A DNA stretch of 64,000 nucleotides from Alistipes sp. (GCA_045537095.1 JAZSOV010000129.1:24665-88664), one strand, 5' to 3'. Positions 16,541 through 25,023 are shown, counted from the stretch's first letter. Numbers and translations: made by a program. Notes: a model not told the origin generated them from the sequence alone.

Positions 16541-18490
16541 ATGACACATTACGATATATTTATAAGCTATCGTAGAAGTTCTTACGATACAGCAAATCTG
16601 GTTGCTACACGATTGAAGGCTGCGGGATACTCCGTATTCTTTGATATGGAGACTCTGCGCTCCGGTAAGTTCAACGAACAGTTGTATAATGTGATTGACA
16701 ACTGCACCGATTTTGTGGTTGTGCTACCGCCAAATGCCTTGGATCGCTGTGTCAATGAGGACGATTGGGTACGCTTGGAGGTAACTCGCGCAATGAAGGG
16801 GAATAAGAATATTGTTCCCATAATGTTGAATGGCTTTAAGTGGCCCAATCCGATGCCAAATGGCTTGGAGGAGTTGAGCGACTATCAGTCATTGACAGCA
16901 AGCTCTGTGGAGTATTTCGATATGGCAATGGAGCGACTCCAAAAACGATACCTGCTGAGCAAGCCACGCTTCCCGATTGTCAAAGTACTGAAATATCTTG
17001 GGGTGGCACTACTCGCGTTATTCTCGGCGATGGCCATTGTATGGGGCGTATTTATGACCTTGTCGCGGGATGTATGTACGAAATATGCTACTCGTTTGAC
17101 CATGGATGCCAATAATGTCCATGTCATAGCCGAAGAAAACGACAAACTACAAAAAGAGTGGACGACATTCAATAGTACGCTCAATATCGAATCGCGCCCT
17201 GAGCGAATTGCCGGTTTGAAGGAGTCTATGTTACAGAGGATTGACTTGGCCGAGGAGAGTGTCAGAAGGAGTTGGAGCGTAGATTCGGTGCGAATGAACA
17301 TCGAACCATATCATAGTTTTCTGCTCTCCATCAATGGTATCAATGCCGAGGAGATAGCACTTTCGCCGGAGTTTGCAACACTCTACTACATGGAGTATTT
17401 AGAAAATCTCAATACGATTCGCAATGCGGTTGATAATCCGATAACATTGAGAAAACGCTATGTGGATGCGCTGTTCGAGGCATCGCACCACTCAATGAAT
17501 GTCTATTATGCCACTATGTTGTCGGAGATATCATCTTTCCCTAAATATGCACGCAAGACATATAGTGAGTCTTCGAAAAAGTGGATATATTTCAGAGCGG
17601 ACTGCCCGTACGAGTTGGATAGAGATAGCGAATACTACGAGAATATAATGAATACAGAGCAGCAGTTGGCCGAGGATGCCTTATCGCGTTTTGAAAATAT
17701 GCTCGAACAGCAAGATGCTCAATTGGAGGATATCAAACAGCAAAATGACAATCTCGAAAGGCAGGTCGAAAAGGGTTTGTCGGATTTGAAACTGAAGGCT
17801 GATTCTGCTGCAATGGCGGCTCAGGCTATGGCGGAGATTGAACGCATAAAGCGAGAGAATGAGCATGAGTTGGCTCTGCGCCGCGAAAAGGTTGAGGCAA
17901 AGCGGGTTGCTGTGGCCTCTGCGAAGGCCGAATTGGAGGAGTTGGACAAGGAGTATGTCAAGACATACGAGAGTTTGAAAGAGAAATGTTCGTTGGAGGA
18001 AGAGGACGGCCAGTGGTACAAGTGGGGCAAGATTCGCCGCTGGGGTTCTTTCTTGGCGATGTTGGTCAATAGCCGACAAAAGTTGCAATCGCAAGGCATA
18101 TATAGCACCTCCTCGGTTACTCCTGAGGTCGCCTATGCCGATATGAATAGTATGTTGGCGGTCTATCAGGCCTATCATCCTGAAAGTGAAAGATATGTTG
18201 CCTCGGCAAAGCAATTCTTCCGCGAATTGTCGAAGGGTAAGAGAGATTATCGAGGAACGATAATATTTGGATTTAAGGATAACGAGGAACATCCGTTCCT
18301 TCGTCAAGGAGATATCATTGTAGGGTATGATGGTCAGAAGATCAAGACATATGATAATTTGAAAACGCTCTATCAAAACAATAAATCGGGACAGATCGCG
18401 TTTTTACGATTGGAGGGCGGAGAATTTAATAGCCATACAGAGCAGATTGCCAATATGGATATAGTCGGTTTTCTCGAACTTACGGAGTAG
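16541..18490 (+). CDS. TIR-domain membrane protein with coiled coil and C-terminal PDZ-like domain
   Basis: YDIFISYRR...VFFD...DWVRLE (TIR, Glu present)...NIVPI; one TM helix; heptad-rich region; LRQGDIIVGYDG. Confidence 0.85.
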   Translation: MTHYDIFISYRRSSYDTANLVATRLKAAGYSVFFDMETLRSGKFNEQLYNVIDNCTDFVVVLPPNALDRCVNEDDWVRLEVTRAMKGNKNIVPIMLNGFKWPNPMPNGLEELSDYQSLTASSVEYFDMAMERLQKRYLLSKPRFPIVKVLKYLGVALLALFSAMAIVWGVFMTLSRDVCTKYATRLTMDANNVHVIAEENDKLQKEWTTFNSTLNIESRPERIAGLKESMLQRIDLAEESVRRSWSVDSVRMNIEPYHSFLLSINGINAEEIALSPEFATLYYMEYLENLNTIRNAVDNPITLRKRYVDALFEASHHSMNVYYATMLSEISSFPKYARKTYSESSKKWIYFRADCPYELDRDSEYYENIMNTEQQLAEDALSRFENMLEQQDAQLEDIKQQNDNLERQVEKGLSDLKLKADSAAMAAQAMAEIERIKRENEHELALRREKVEAKRVAVASAKAELEELDKEYVKTYESLKEKCSLEEEDGQWYKWGKIRRWGSFLAMLVNSRQKLQSQGIYSTSSVTPEVAYADMNSMLAVYQAYHPESERYVASAKQFFRELSKGKRDYRGTIIFGFKDNEEHPFLRQGDIIVGYDGQKIKTYDNLKTLYQNNKSGQIAFLRLEGGEFNSHTEQIANMDIVGFLELTE

Positions 18491-18563
18491 AAATTTTTGT
18501 CCTCGTATGACAGATGCGGGCGGCAAAATTGCTCTATGATATAGAGATAAAAATAAAAAAACG

Positions 18564-18854
18564 ATGAAAAATAATTATGTACCGCAGCCGGCGGATATAA
18601 GTGATATTCGTTTGCCTGAGGAGCTGAATGAGCTGATAGAACAGATGGCTCGAAATGTTCACGAGGTGTGGGCGCAGAGCCGTATGGAGCAGGGATGGGT
18701 TTATGGTAAAGAGCGCAACGATGCCCTGAAACAACACCCTTGTCTTGTGCCGTATGAGGCGTTGCCGGAGGTGGAAAAGGCATACGATCGCGACACAGCC
18801 ATCGGAACATTGAAACTGGTATGTAAACTTGGATTTAAAATCACAAAAGATTGA
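18564..18854 (+). CDS. Stand-alone RyR (ryanodine receptor repeat) domain protein
   Basis: MARNVHEVWAQSRMEQGWVYG...HPCLVPYEALPEVEKAYDR is a classic RyR domain signature. Confidence 0.93.
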   Translation: MKNNYVPQPADISDIRLPEELNELIEQMARNVHEVWAQSRMEQGWVYGKERNDALKQHPCLVPYEALPEVEKAYDRDTAIGTLKLVCKLGFKITKD

Positions 18855-18855
18855 T

Positions 18856-19290
18856 ATGTTTATTGCAATTTCTCTCTTGATACTTGCTTTTATGATTAAG
18901 GGCAAGGATGTATCCGGACTCCTCAAAAAGGTCAAAAATGTTGATTGGCGCAACAAAATCAACTCTCTTATGGATAAGCTTCGCCCGTGGGCGTTAAAGG
19001 CAGGGCGTGTAGCCTCTCGTCCGCTGTTGCAGTTCTACTATGTGATGGATGATGACAATACATCGACTCTTGACCGAGTTCTTATCTACGCAGCAATTGC
19101 CTATACCATCCTGCCGATGGACTTTATTCCGAGCGTTGTCTACAAACTTATGGGACTTGTGGATGATGGCGTTGCTGTACTATATGTCTACAAGAAGATT
19201 AAGAACAAGATAACACCGGAGATCGATCGCAAGGTTGAGGGGACTTTGAATGAGTGGTTCGGCGTAGAGTACGAAATGGTGAAGGAATAA
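18856..19290 (+). CDS. DUF1232/YkvA family membrane protein
   Basis: AAIAYTILPMDFIPS...GLVDD motif. Start set just after the RyR stop codon. Confidence 0.85.
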   Translation: MFIAISLLILAFMIKGKDVSGLLKKVKNVDWRNKINSLMDKLRPWALKAGRVASRPLLQFYYVMDDDNTSTLDRVLIYAAIAYTILPMDFIPSVVYKLMGLVDDGVAVLYVYKKIKNKITPEIDRKVEGTLNEWFGVEYEMVKE

Positions 19291-19305
19291 AATGCAAATG
19301 AAGAT

Positions 19306-19346
19306 AAACAACTGAGCCGATTTTTGGGGAGTGCAGTTGTTTTTTT
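19306..19346 (+). terminator. Probable terminator closing the TIR/RyR operon
   Basis: AAACAACTG/CAGTTGTTT stem plus T-tract. Confidence 0.6.
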
Positions 19347-19550
19347 GTTTTGCGAATACCTATGCTTATTACGATGCGGTGATTTTGGGTGTTACCGAGT
19401 CGCGCTTTCCGCCTTCTACTTTTGTCTGTTGACTCTCCTTTCTTGCTCATCTTTTGTTCATCTTGGCCAACTTTTAACCCTTAATTTTAACTTTTCACTT
19501 TTAATTTGTATCTTTGCAGTCGATAATATACGAAAATGTAGTTAGATTTT

Positions 19551-19904
19551 ATGGGCGAATTATGGGATCTTTTGAAGCGCAATATATTTACCATTGTGCT
19601 GATTGTTACCTTGGCGGTTGCTGCGCCATGGTCGCTGATCTTTACACTTCCCGTAGTTGCTGTGTTATTGACGATAGCGGTTGTTGTGTGGCGTGTGCGC
19701 CGTCAACAGCAGAAGATATACAATGAGGCTCGCCGTCAGGCAGGTGAACAGCAACAACAGCAGTCGCAACGCTCATGGTGGCATCGTGCCAACAAAAACG
19801 AGGGTGAGGTTACGGTGGTGCAAACCGAGCCTACCGAGCAGCGAGTGAGCGATGATGTCGGCGAGTATGTCGACTTCAAGGAGGTCAAGGAGGATAAAAA
19901 CTAA
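19551..19904 (+). CDS. DUF4834-like membrane protein
   Basis: N-terminal TM segments and C-terminal GEYVDFKEVKE; TATCTTTG promoter at 19509-19516. Confidence 0.75.
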   Translation: MGELWDLLKRNIFTIVLIVTLAVAAPWSLIFTLPVVAVLLTIAVVVWRVRRQQQKIYNEARRQAGEQQQQQSQRSWWHRANKNEGEVTVVQTEPTEQRVSDDVGEYVDFKEVKEDKN

Positions 19905-19931
19905 ATAGCCACCGACCTGAATGGTCGTAGA

Positions 19932-20696
19932 GTGGCACAATATAAAATGAAGATATTAAGCAGTTTCTTTGGAGCGATAGGTCGCTATGTGATGCTTATG
20001 GGTAAGGTGTTCTCCCGTCCGGAGAAGATGAGCATCTACTATCGTCGTACAGTGAACGAAATCGATGCGCTCGGTATCAACTCGATACCATTGGTAGCGA
20101 TTATCTCGGTATTTATCGGTGCGGTTATCACATTGCAGATGGCACTCACCTTGGAGTCGCCATTTATACCGAAGTATATGATTGGCTACGCTACGCGCGA
20201 AACGATGTTTTTGGAGTTCTCCTCCACGGTCATAGCTATTATCTTGGCTGGTAAGGTAGGCTCTAATATCGCCTCGGAGATAGGTACAATGCGTATTACC
20301 GAGCAGATTGATGCTCTCGAAATCATGGGAGTAAACTCCGCTTCGTACCTTATTATGCCGAAGATTATCGCAACTGTATTGTCCTTCCCGTTGTTGGCGC
20401 TGTTCAGTATGATAATCGGAACTGTCGGAGGCTACATTATAGCGATGACGGGTGTTGTGTTGCCTTCGGAGTATATAGAGGGTTTGCACTACTGCTTTGT
20501 CAGGGGCGAGATAACATATTCGCTGATTAAGATGGCGGTTTTTGCATTCCTCGTAACATCCATATCTGCTTTCTACGGCTACTATGCCGCAGGTAACTCG
20601 TTGGAGGTCGGCCGTGCTTCGACTCGCGCCGTGGTAATCAGCTCGATTGCCATTATGATCTCTAACCTTATCATCACACAGTTAATGCGCACATAG
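19932..20696 (+). CDS. mlaE: MlaE-family ABC transporter permease
   Basis: GSNIASEIGTMRITEQIDALEIMG and EVGRASTRAVV motifs. The start may be the ATG at 19947. Confidence 0.92.
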   Translation: MAQYKMKILSSFFGAIGRYVMLMGKVFSRPEKMSIYYRRTVNEIDALGINSIPLVAIISVFIGAVITLQMALTLESPFIPKYMIGYATRETMFLEFSSTVIAIILAGKVGSNIASEIGTMRITEQIDALEIMGVNSASYLIMPKIIATVLSFPLLALFSMIIGTVGGYIIAMTGVVLPSEYIEGLHYCFVRGEITYSLIKMAVFAFLVTSISAFYGYYAAGNSLEVGRASTRAVVISSIAIMISNLIITQLMRT

Positions 20697-20711
20697 GAGG
20701 AGCGAAATAGT

Positions 20712-21464
20712 ATGATTAAAGGAGAACACATATATAAATCTTTCGATGGTCGCACCATCTTGGAGGATATCTCGGTCGAGTTCGAATCGGGTAAGACAAA
20801 CCTTATCATTGGTCGAAGCGGTTCGGGTAAGACTGTGCTTCTGAAAACGCTGGTAGGACTTCACGAGCCCGATAGCGGAAACATATTTTACGATGACAAG
20901 AACTACACTGCCCTCTCCTTTGCCGAGCGTAAACTCGTGCGCCGTGAGTTGGGAATGATATTTCAGGGTGGAGCACTTCTCGATTCCTCTACCGTATATG
21001 AGAATGTGCGCCTGCCTCTCGATATGTTTACCAACAAAACCTCTGCCGAGAAGGATAAGCGAGTGAAGGAGTGCTTGGCGCGTGTTGAGCTATCTCACGC
21101 AGGACATCTCTATCCGTCAGAGTTGTCGGGAGGTATGATTAAGCGTGCCGCTATTGCTCGTGCGATAGTCCTCAATCCTAAATATCTCTTCTGCGATGAG
21201 CCGAACTCAGGTTTGGACCCGCAGACCTCTATTGTGATTGACAACCTTATCCACGATATTACCGTGGAGTACAATATTACCACCATTATCAATACCCACG
21301 ATATGAACTCCGTAATGGAGATTGGAGAAAAAATTGTCTATATCCATCAGGGCAAAAAGTGGTGGGAGGGCACCAAAGATGATATTCTTCACGCCGACAA
21401 TAAGGAGTTGAATGATTTTGTTTTTGCCTCGGCCATGGCCAAACGCGCAAAAAAATCGTTATAA
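20712..21464 (+). CDS. mlaF: MlaF-family ABC transporter ATP-binding protein
   Basis: Walker A GRSGSGKT, signature LSGGM, DEPNSGLDP. Confidence 0.92.
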   Translation: MIKGEHIYKSFDGRTILEDISVEFESGKTNLIIGRSGSGKTVLLKTLVGLHEPDSGNIFYDDKNYTALSFAERKLVRRELGMIFQGGALLDSSTVYENVRLPLDMFTNKTSAEKDKRVKECLARVELSHAGHLYPSELSGGMIKRAAIARAIVLNPKYLFCDEPNSGLDPQTSIVIDNLIHDITVEYNITTIINTHDMNSVMEIGEKIVYIHQGKKWWEGTKDDILHADNKELNDFVFASAMAKRAKKSL

Positions 21465-21515
21465 AATCGTTTTATGCGGCATCTGCTGCGTTAAACTTCG
21501 ATAGCCGAGTTGCTC

Positions 21516-21699
21516 ACATACGCCCAAGTATGCTGCGCACTCGGCTTCTTGTTTGCCTTGCATCTATCCACCTAAAAGCAATTTTCTATTCGATTTGTGT
21601 GGGTATTTGACAGCGTCTTGCTTTACACAAAAATAGCTCTATTATAGCACTTGTTTATATCTTGGTAGTTACCTAAAAGCAGTTTTCTATTCGGTTTAT
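21516..21699 (+). repeat. Left ~183-bp direct repeat of the radical SAM cassette
   Basis: Near-identical to 24841-25023; contains two copies of ACCTAAAAGCA(A/G)TTTTCTATTCG. Confidence 0.92.
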
Positions 21700-21722
21700 T
21701 TTGTATATTCAATAAAAATTAC

Positions 21723-21730
21723 TACCTTTG
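21723..21730 (+). promoter_or_regulatory. -7 promoter element of the radical SAM cassette
   Basis: TACCTTTG. Confidence 0.75.
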
Positions 21731-21734
21731 CAAT

Positions 21735-22015
21735 GCTCAGCTAGCCCACAAGGGCTAGGTGGGCAGACATATTAACGAGACGTTTACTTGACGTTTATCA
21801 TCCTCGTTCAAACTTCGCAACTTTGAATCTTTACTAGATGATACGGCAATGTTGGCGTCCATGGGTGATGTTTATCCGAATAGCATGCATAATTGCGTGG
21901 AGTTCTGTATATTCATCTCGGCGTGGGCTAGCTGCATTGTATATCCTAGTGAAGGGGCAATGCGAAGGCCTGAACGAGGGATGTGCAAGAGTACAGTTCC
22001 CACGTCTTCTTTTTT
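21735..22015 (+). ncRNA. Candidate structured 5' leader / ncRNA
   Basis: Nested complementary segments (21799-21810/21971-21983, 21813-21819/21961-21967, 21829-21837/21946-21954), an alternative 12-bp pairing 21738-21749/21923-21934, and a terminal U-tract. Confidence 0.6.
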
Positions 22016-22068
22016 ATAAATCCAAAATCTGGGGAACAATATGGATTAAAAAGAGCATATTGACTACA

Positions 22069-23394
22069 ATGGATTTTCATTACTATAAAATTGAAGATTG
22101 TGAAGTTTTTATAGGGAATGATTCCGTCTTCTTGTTAGAACCAGAAACAGGATCAACCCTGTTGCTGTCTAAAACAGCGTGGCAAAATATTCTTCAAAAC
22201 AAAGAATCAAAAAATCATTTAACAGAACTACTTCGTGCACAAAGTGGAAAAAATTGCATCAGGAAGAACTCTTTCTTACCACAATTTTTTATGATTGACC
22301 TAACTACTACTTGTAGTAATAGGTGTACATATTGTTTTCGTAATTTACAGCATCCAAGAATAATTGACAATAGGATTTTAAACGATATTTTAAATTCCAT
22401 TATCAACTATTGCAAAGAATATAATATCAAGACTATTACTCTACAGGTATGGGGAGGAGAGCCTCTATCAACATGGGATAAAATATGTCTAATACAAGAT
22501 AAGATAGAGGATGCTGGTATAAAGGTGCGACTTTTGGTGGAAACTAATGGAGTCTTGGTAACCCCTCAAATAGCTGCAAATATGTACCATAGGGGAATTT
22601 TGTGCAGCATAAGTATAGATGGTCCACAAGATATTCATGACCATTGTCGAAAATTACACTCTGGAAATGGTTCATATAAAAATACTATTCGGGGTTTGAA
22701 TTTACTAAGAGATGCGGGATATGGAAGTCAAATAGGAAGTGTGTGCGTGGTTACAAGGAACTCGATACCCCACATTGACAGAATTTTAGATCATTTTGCT
22801 TATGAACTAAAATTTTCTCGGATTAAATTAAATATAATCAAAGATAGTGAACAATTACAAGACAAGGATTTATGCATCGATGATAAAGACTTGGCTGTGT
22901 TATGGGAAACAGTGTTATCGCACATCATTCGCATAAATCAAAGCGGAACACCATTTGTTGAGAGTACGATATTATCAATGTTGCACAATTTAACAACGCA
23001 TCGTCCAACCAGTTTTTGCTATTCCAGGGGTTGTCAAGCGGGACAGCGTATGCTATCGTTTGATATGGAAGGAAATGCTTTCCCATGCGATCAAACAGAT
23101 GTTAAAGAACTATCGCTTGGTAATGCATTATTGAGTCCTATTGATTTATTGGTAAAAGAAGGCTTCAAGAAACTACACTCATTCTTTGCTATGGATATCC
23201 CCAACGAATGTTGTGTGTGCGCTTGGAGAAGTTTTTGTCAGGGCGGATGTCGAACAATACGATGGTTCAGTAATGACATAGATCGAGCAACTTGTATACG
23301 AAATAAAACCTTATACCCACAACTGGTAAGGCTAATATTAGAAAAACCACTCTTGATTACAGCCATAAGTGGCAATGAGATCAAGTTTGAATAG
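22069..23394 (+). CDS. Radical SAM/SPASM peptide-maturase-like enzyme 1 (possible N-terminal RRE-like extension)
   Basis: CSNRCTYC, GGEP, ETNG, SIDG; SPASM cysteines CYSRGC...FPC...CCVC...CQGGC...C. Start reassigned to MDFHYY. Confidence 0.9.
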   Translation: MDFHYYKIEDCEVFIGNDSVFLLEPETGSTLLLSKTAWQNILQNKESKNHLTELLRAQSGKNCIRKNSFLPQFFMIDLTTTCSNRCTYCFRNLQHPRIIDNRILNDILNSIINYCKEYNIKTITLQVWGGEPLSTWDKICLIQDKIEDAGIKVRLLVETNGVLVTPQIAANMYHRGILCSISIDGPQDIHDHCRKLHSGNGSYKNTIRGLNLLRDAGYGSQIGSVCVVTRNSIPHIDRILDHFAYELKFSRIKLNIIKDSEQLQDKDLCIDDKDLAVLWETVLSHIIRINQSGTPFVESTILSMLHNLTTHRPTSFCYSRGCQAGQRMLSFDMEGNAFPCDQTDVKELSLGNALLSPIDLLVKEGFKKLHSFFAMDIPNECCVCAWRSFCQGGCRTIRWFSNDIDRATCIRNKTLYPQLVRLILEKPLLITAISGNEIKFE

Positions 23395-23436
23395 ATAAAC
23401 CCAATATTGGGCTAACTTGATTAAATTTATTTTATT

Positions 23437-23538
23437 ATGAAGAAGATTGAGAATATTCAGTCGGTAGCAGTCGGTAGTATTATTTCTAACGATGATTGGA
23501 TTGTAGCTGGTTACGACAATTTTTGTGTAATTGCTTAA
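23437..23538 (+). CDS. Putative RiPP precursor peptide, 33 aa: MKKIENIQSVAVGSIISNDDWIVAGYDNFCVIA
   Basis: Translated by hand (below the ORF-track cut-off). AT-rich start context, MKK start, position between two rSAM genes, followed at once by a stem-loop. Confidence 0.7.
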   Translation: MKKIENIQSVAVGSIISNDDWIVAGYDNFCVIA

Positions 23539-23545
23539 TCCTAAT

Positions 23546-23578
23546 GAGGTTGTTCGACTTTTTTTGTTGAGCAACCTC
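23546..23578 (+). terminator. Stem-loop after the peptide ORF (terminator or mRNA stabiliser)
   Basis: GAGGTTGTTCGAC/GTTGAGCAACCTC 13-bp stem including G-U pairs; no clear downstream U-tract. Confidence 0.65.
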
Positions 23579-23718
23579 TGCTCTCACTTAATTGCAGTGC
23601 CCCCCCCCAAAAAAAACGGGAACTTGCCTGATGTAAATAAGCATTTTGAAGGCGAATATTATGGCGAAATAATCTTGTTGTACGGAATTATCTTTTAATC
23701 AAGTAAAACAGATAATAA

Positions 23719-24825
23719 ATGAATAGAAAATGTACTTTACTAATAACTTATTCTTGTAATCTTAATTGTATTTATTGTTATGAGAAGCACAAATCATCTG
23801 TCTCAATGAATGTGCAAACCGCAAAAAATATAATTACAAAGGAGATTCAATTTATTGCAAATAGCGATAAATACGACTCAATAGATTTTCATTTTATGGG
23901 AGGAGAGCCTCTCTTGAACTTCGACCTAATAAAAAAAGTTTGCGAATGGGCATGGAATCAGAATTTTAACATACCTTTTCATTTCTATGTCATAACGAAC
24001 GGAACTCTATTTACCGATGATATCAAGCAATGGTTTGAATATAATAGACATCTAATCACGGTTGATATGTCTGTTGATGGAATTGATATCGTTCACAAAA
24101 CGAATAGAGGTTGTTCTCCAAGACAGTTACCTCTTGAATGGGTTTTGAAAAATTGGCCAATGTCAAGATTCAAAATGACTATATCTTCACAAAGTATCTC
24201 TCATCTTGCCGAAAGTATTATTACATTAACTAATCAAGGGTACAATATACTTGCAACTCTAGCATTGGGCGAAGAGTGGAATGAAGAAGAGTTTGCTATG
24301 TATGCAAAAGAATGGAATAAGATAGTTAACTATTATTTACATAACGAAAATCTAAATATATGGAAACAGCTTTTGCAATCTTTAGACTCATTATTCAACC
24401 TCAAACAAGATAAGTGTTGTGGTTCAGGAGATACATTTATAACATACAACTACAATGGAGATGCATATCCTTGTGTGATATTTTCTCCAATAGTGTGGGG
24501 CAAAGATATAAGAAATAGTATAGCCTCAATAGATTTTTCGGATATTGAATCATTCTCCGATAAAGATTGTCGAGATTGTTTCATTCGAAATGCATGTAAA
24601 ACTTGTTATGGTTTTAATCTATTAGAGAGAGGTAATTTGGCTTGCAGAGATAAACATAGTTGTAATGCAAAAAAGATTGAATTATTGTTTGTTAGCAAAT
24701 TCCAAATCGAACTATTGAAGAAAGTAACACAACGAGCACTCTCAGCTAAAGAATTAGTTAGATTACAACAAGCTAAAAAAGCTTTTGAAGTTTTGTCTAA
24801 CGAACTCTCTGTTTACTTGTCTTAA
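23719..24825 (+). CDS. Radical SAM/SPASM enzyme 2
   Basis: CNLNCIYC, GGEPLL, ITNG, SVDG; CCGSG...YPC...CRDC...CKTC...C. Confidence 0.92.
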   Translation: MNRKCTLLITYSCNLNCIYCYEKHKSSVSMNVQTAKNIITKEIQFIANSDKYDSIDFHFMGGEPLLNFDLIKKVCEWAWNQNFNIPFHFYVITNGTLFTDDIKQWFEYNRHLITVDMSVDGIDIVHKTNRGCSPRQLPLEWVLKNWPMSRFKMTISSQSISHLAESIITLTNQGYNILATLALGEEWNEEEFAMYAKEWNKIVNYYLHNENLNIWKQLLQSLDSLFNLKQDKCCGSGDTFITYNYNGDAYPCVIFSPIVWGKDIRNSIASIDFSDIESFSDKDCRDCFIRNACKTCYGFNLLERGNLACRDKHSCNAKKIELLFVSKFQIELLKKVTQRALSAKELVRLQQAKKAFEVLSNELSVYLS

Positions 24826-24840
24826 AAATATGAGATGATT

Positions 24841-25023
24841 ACATACGCTTAGTATGCTGCGCACTCGGCTTCTTGTTTGCCTTGCATCTATCCACCTAAA
24901 AGCAATTTTCTATTCGATTTGTGTGGGTATTTGACAGCGTCTTGCTTTGCACAAAAATAGCTCTATTATAGCACTTGTTTACATCTTGGTAGCCACCTAA
25001 AAGCAATTTTCTATTCGATTTAT
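24841..25023 (+). repeat. Right ~183-bp direct repeat of the radical SAM cassette
   Basis: Near-identical to 21516-21699. Confidence 0.92.

Noticed and set aside
7403-19290. Complete integrative element or prophage at tRNA-Val
   Set aside because: No integrase, relaxase or phage structural genes, and I saw no tRNA 3'-end duplication at the right border.
19199-19545. Short ORFs of 73-83 aa after DUF1232
   Set aside because: They overlap the terminator and promoter region and have no recognisable motifs.
21838-22068. N-terminal 77 aa of the called 518-aa rSAM ORF
   Set aside because: It overlaps a strongly base-paired leader and reads as non-protein-like; the ATG at 22069 is the better start.
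23338-23574. 78-aa minus-strand ORF between the rSAM genes
   Set aside because: It is antisense to the better-supported peptide ORF and to the end of rSAM 1.
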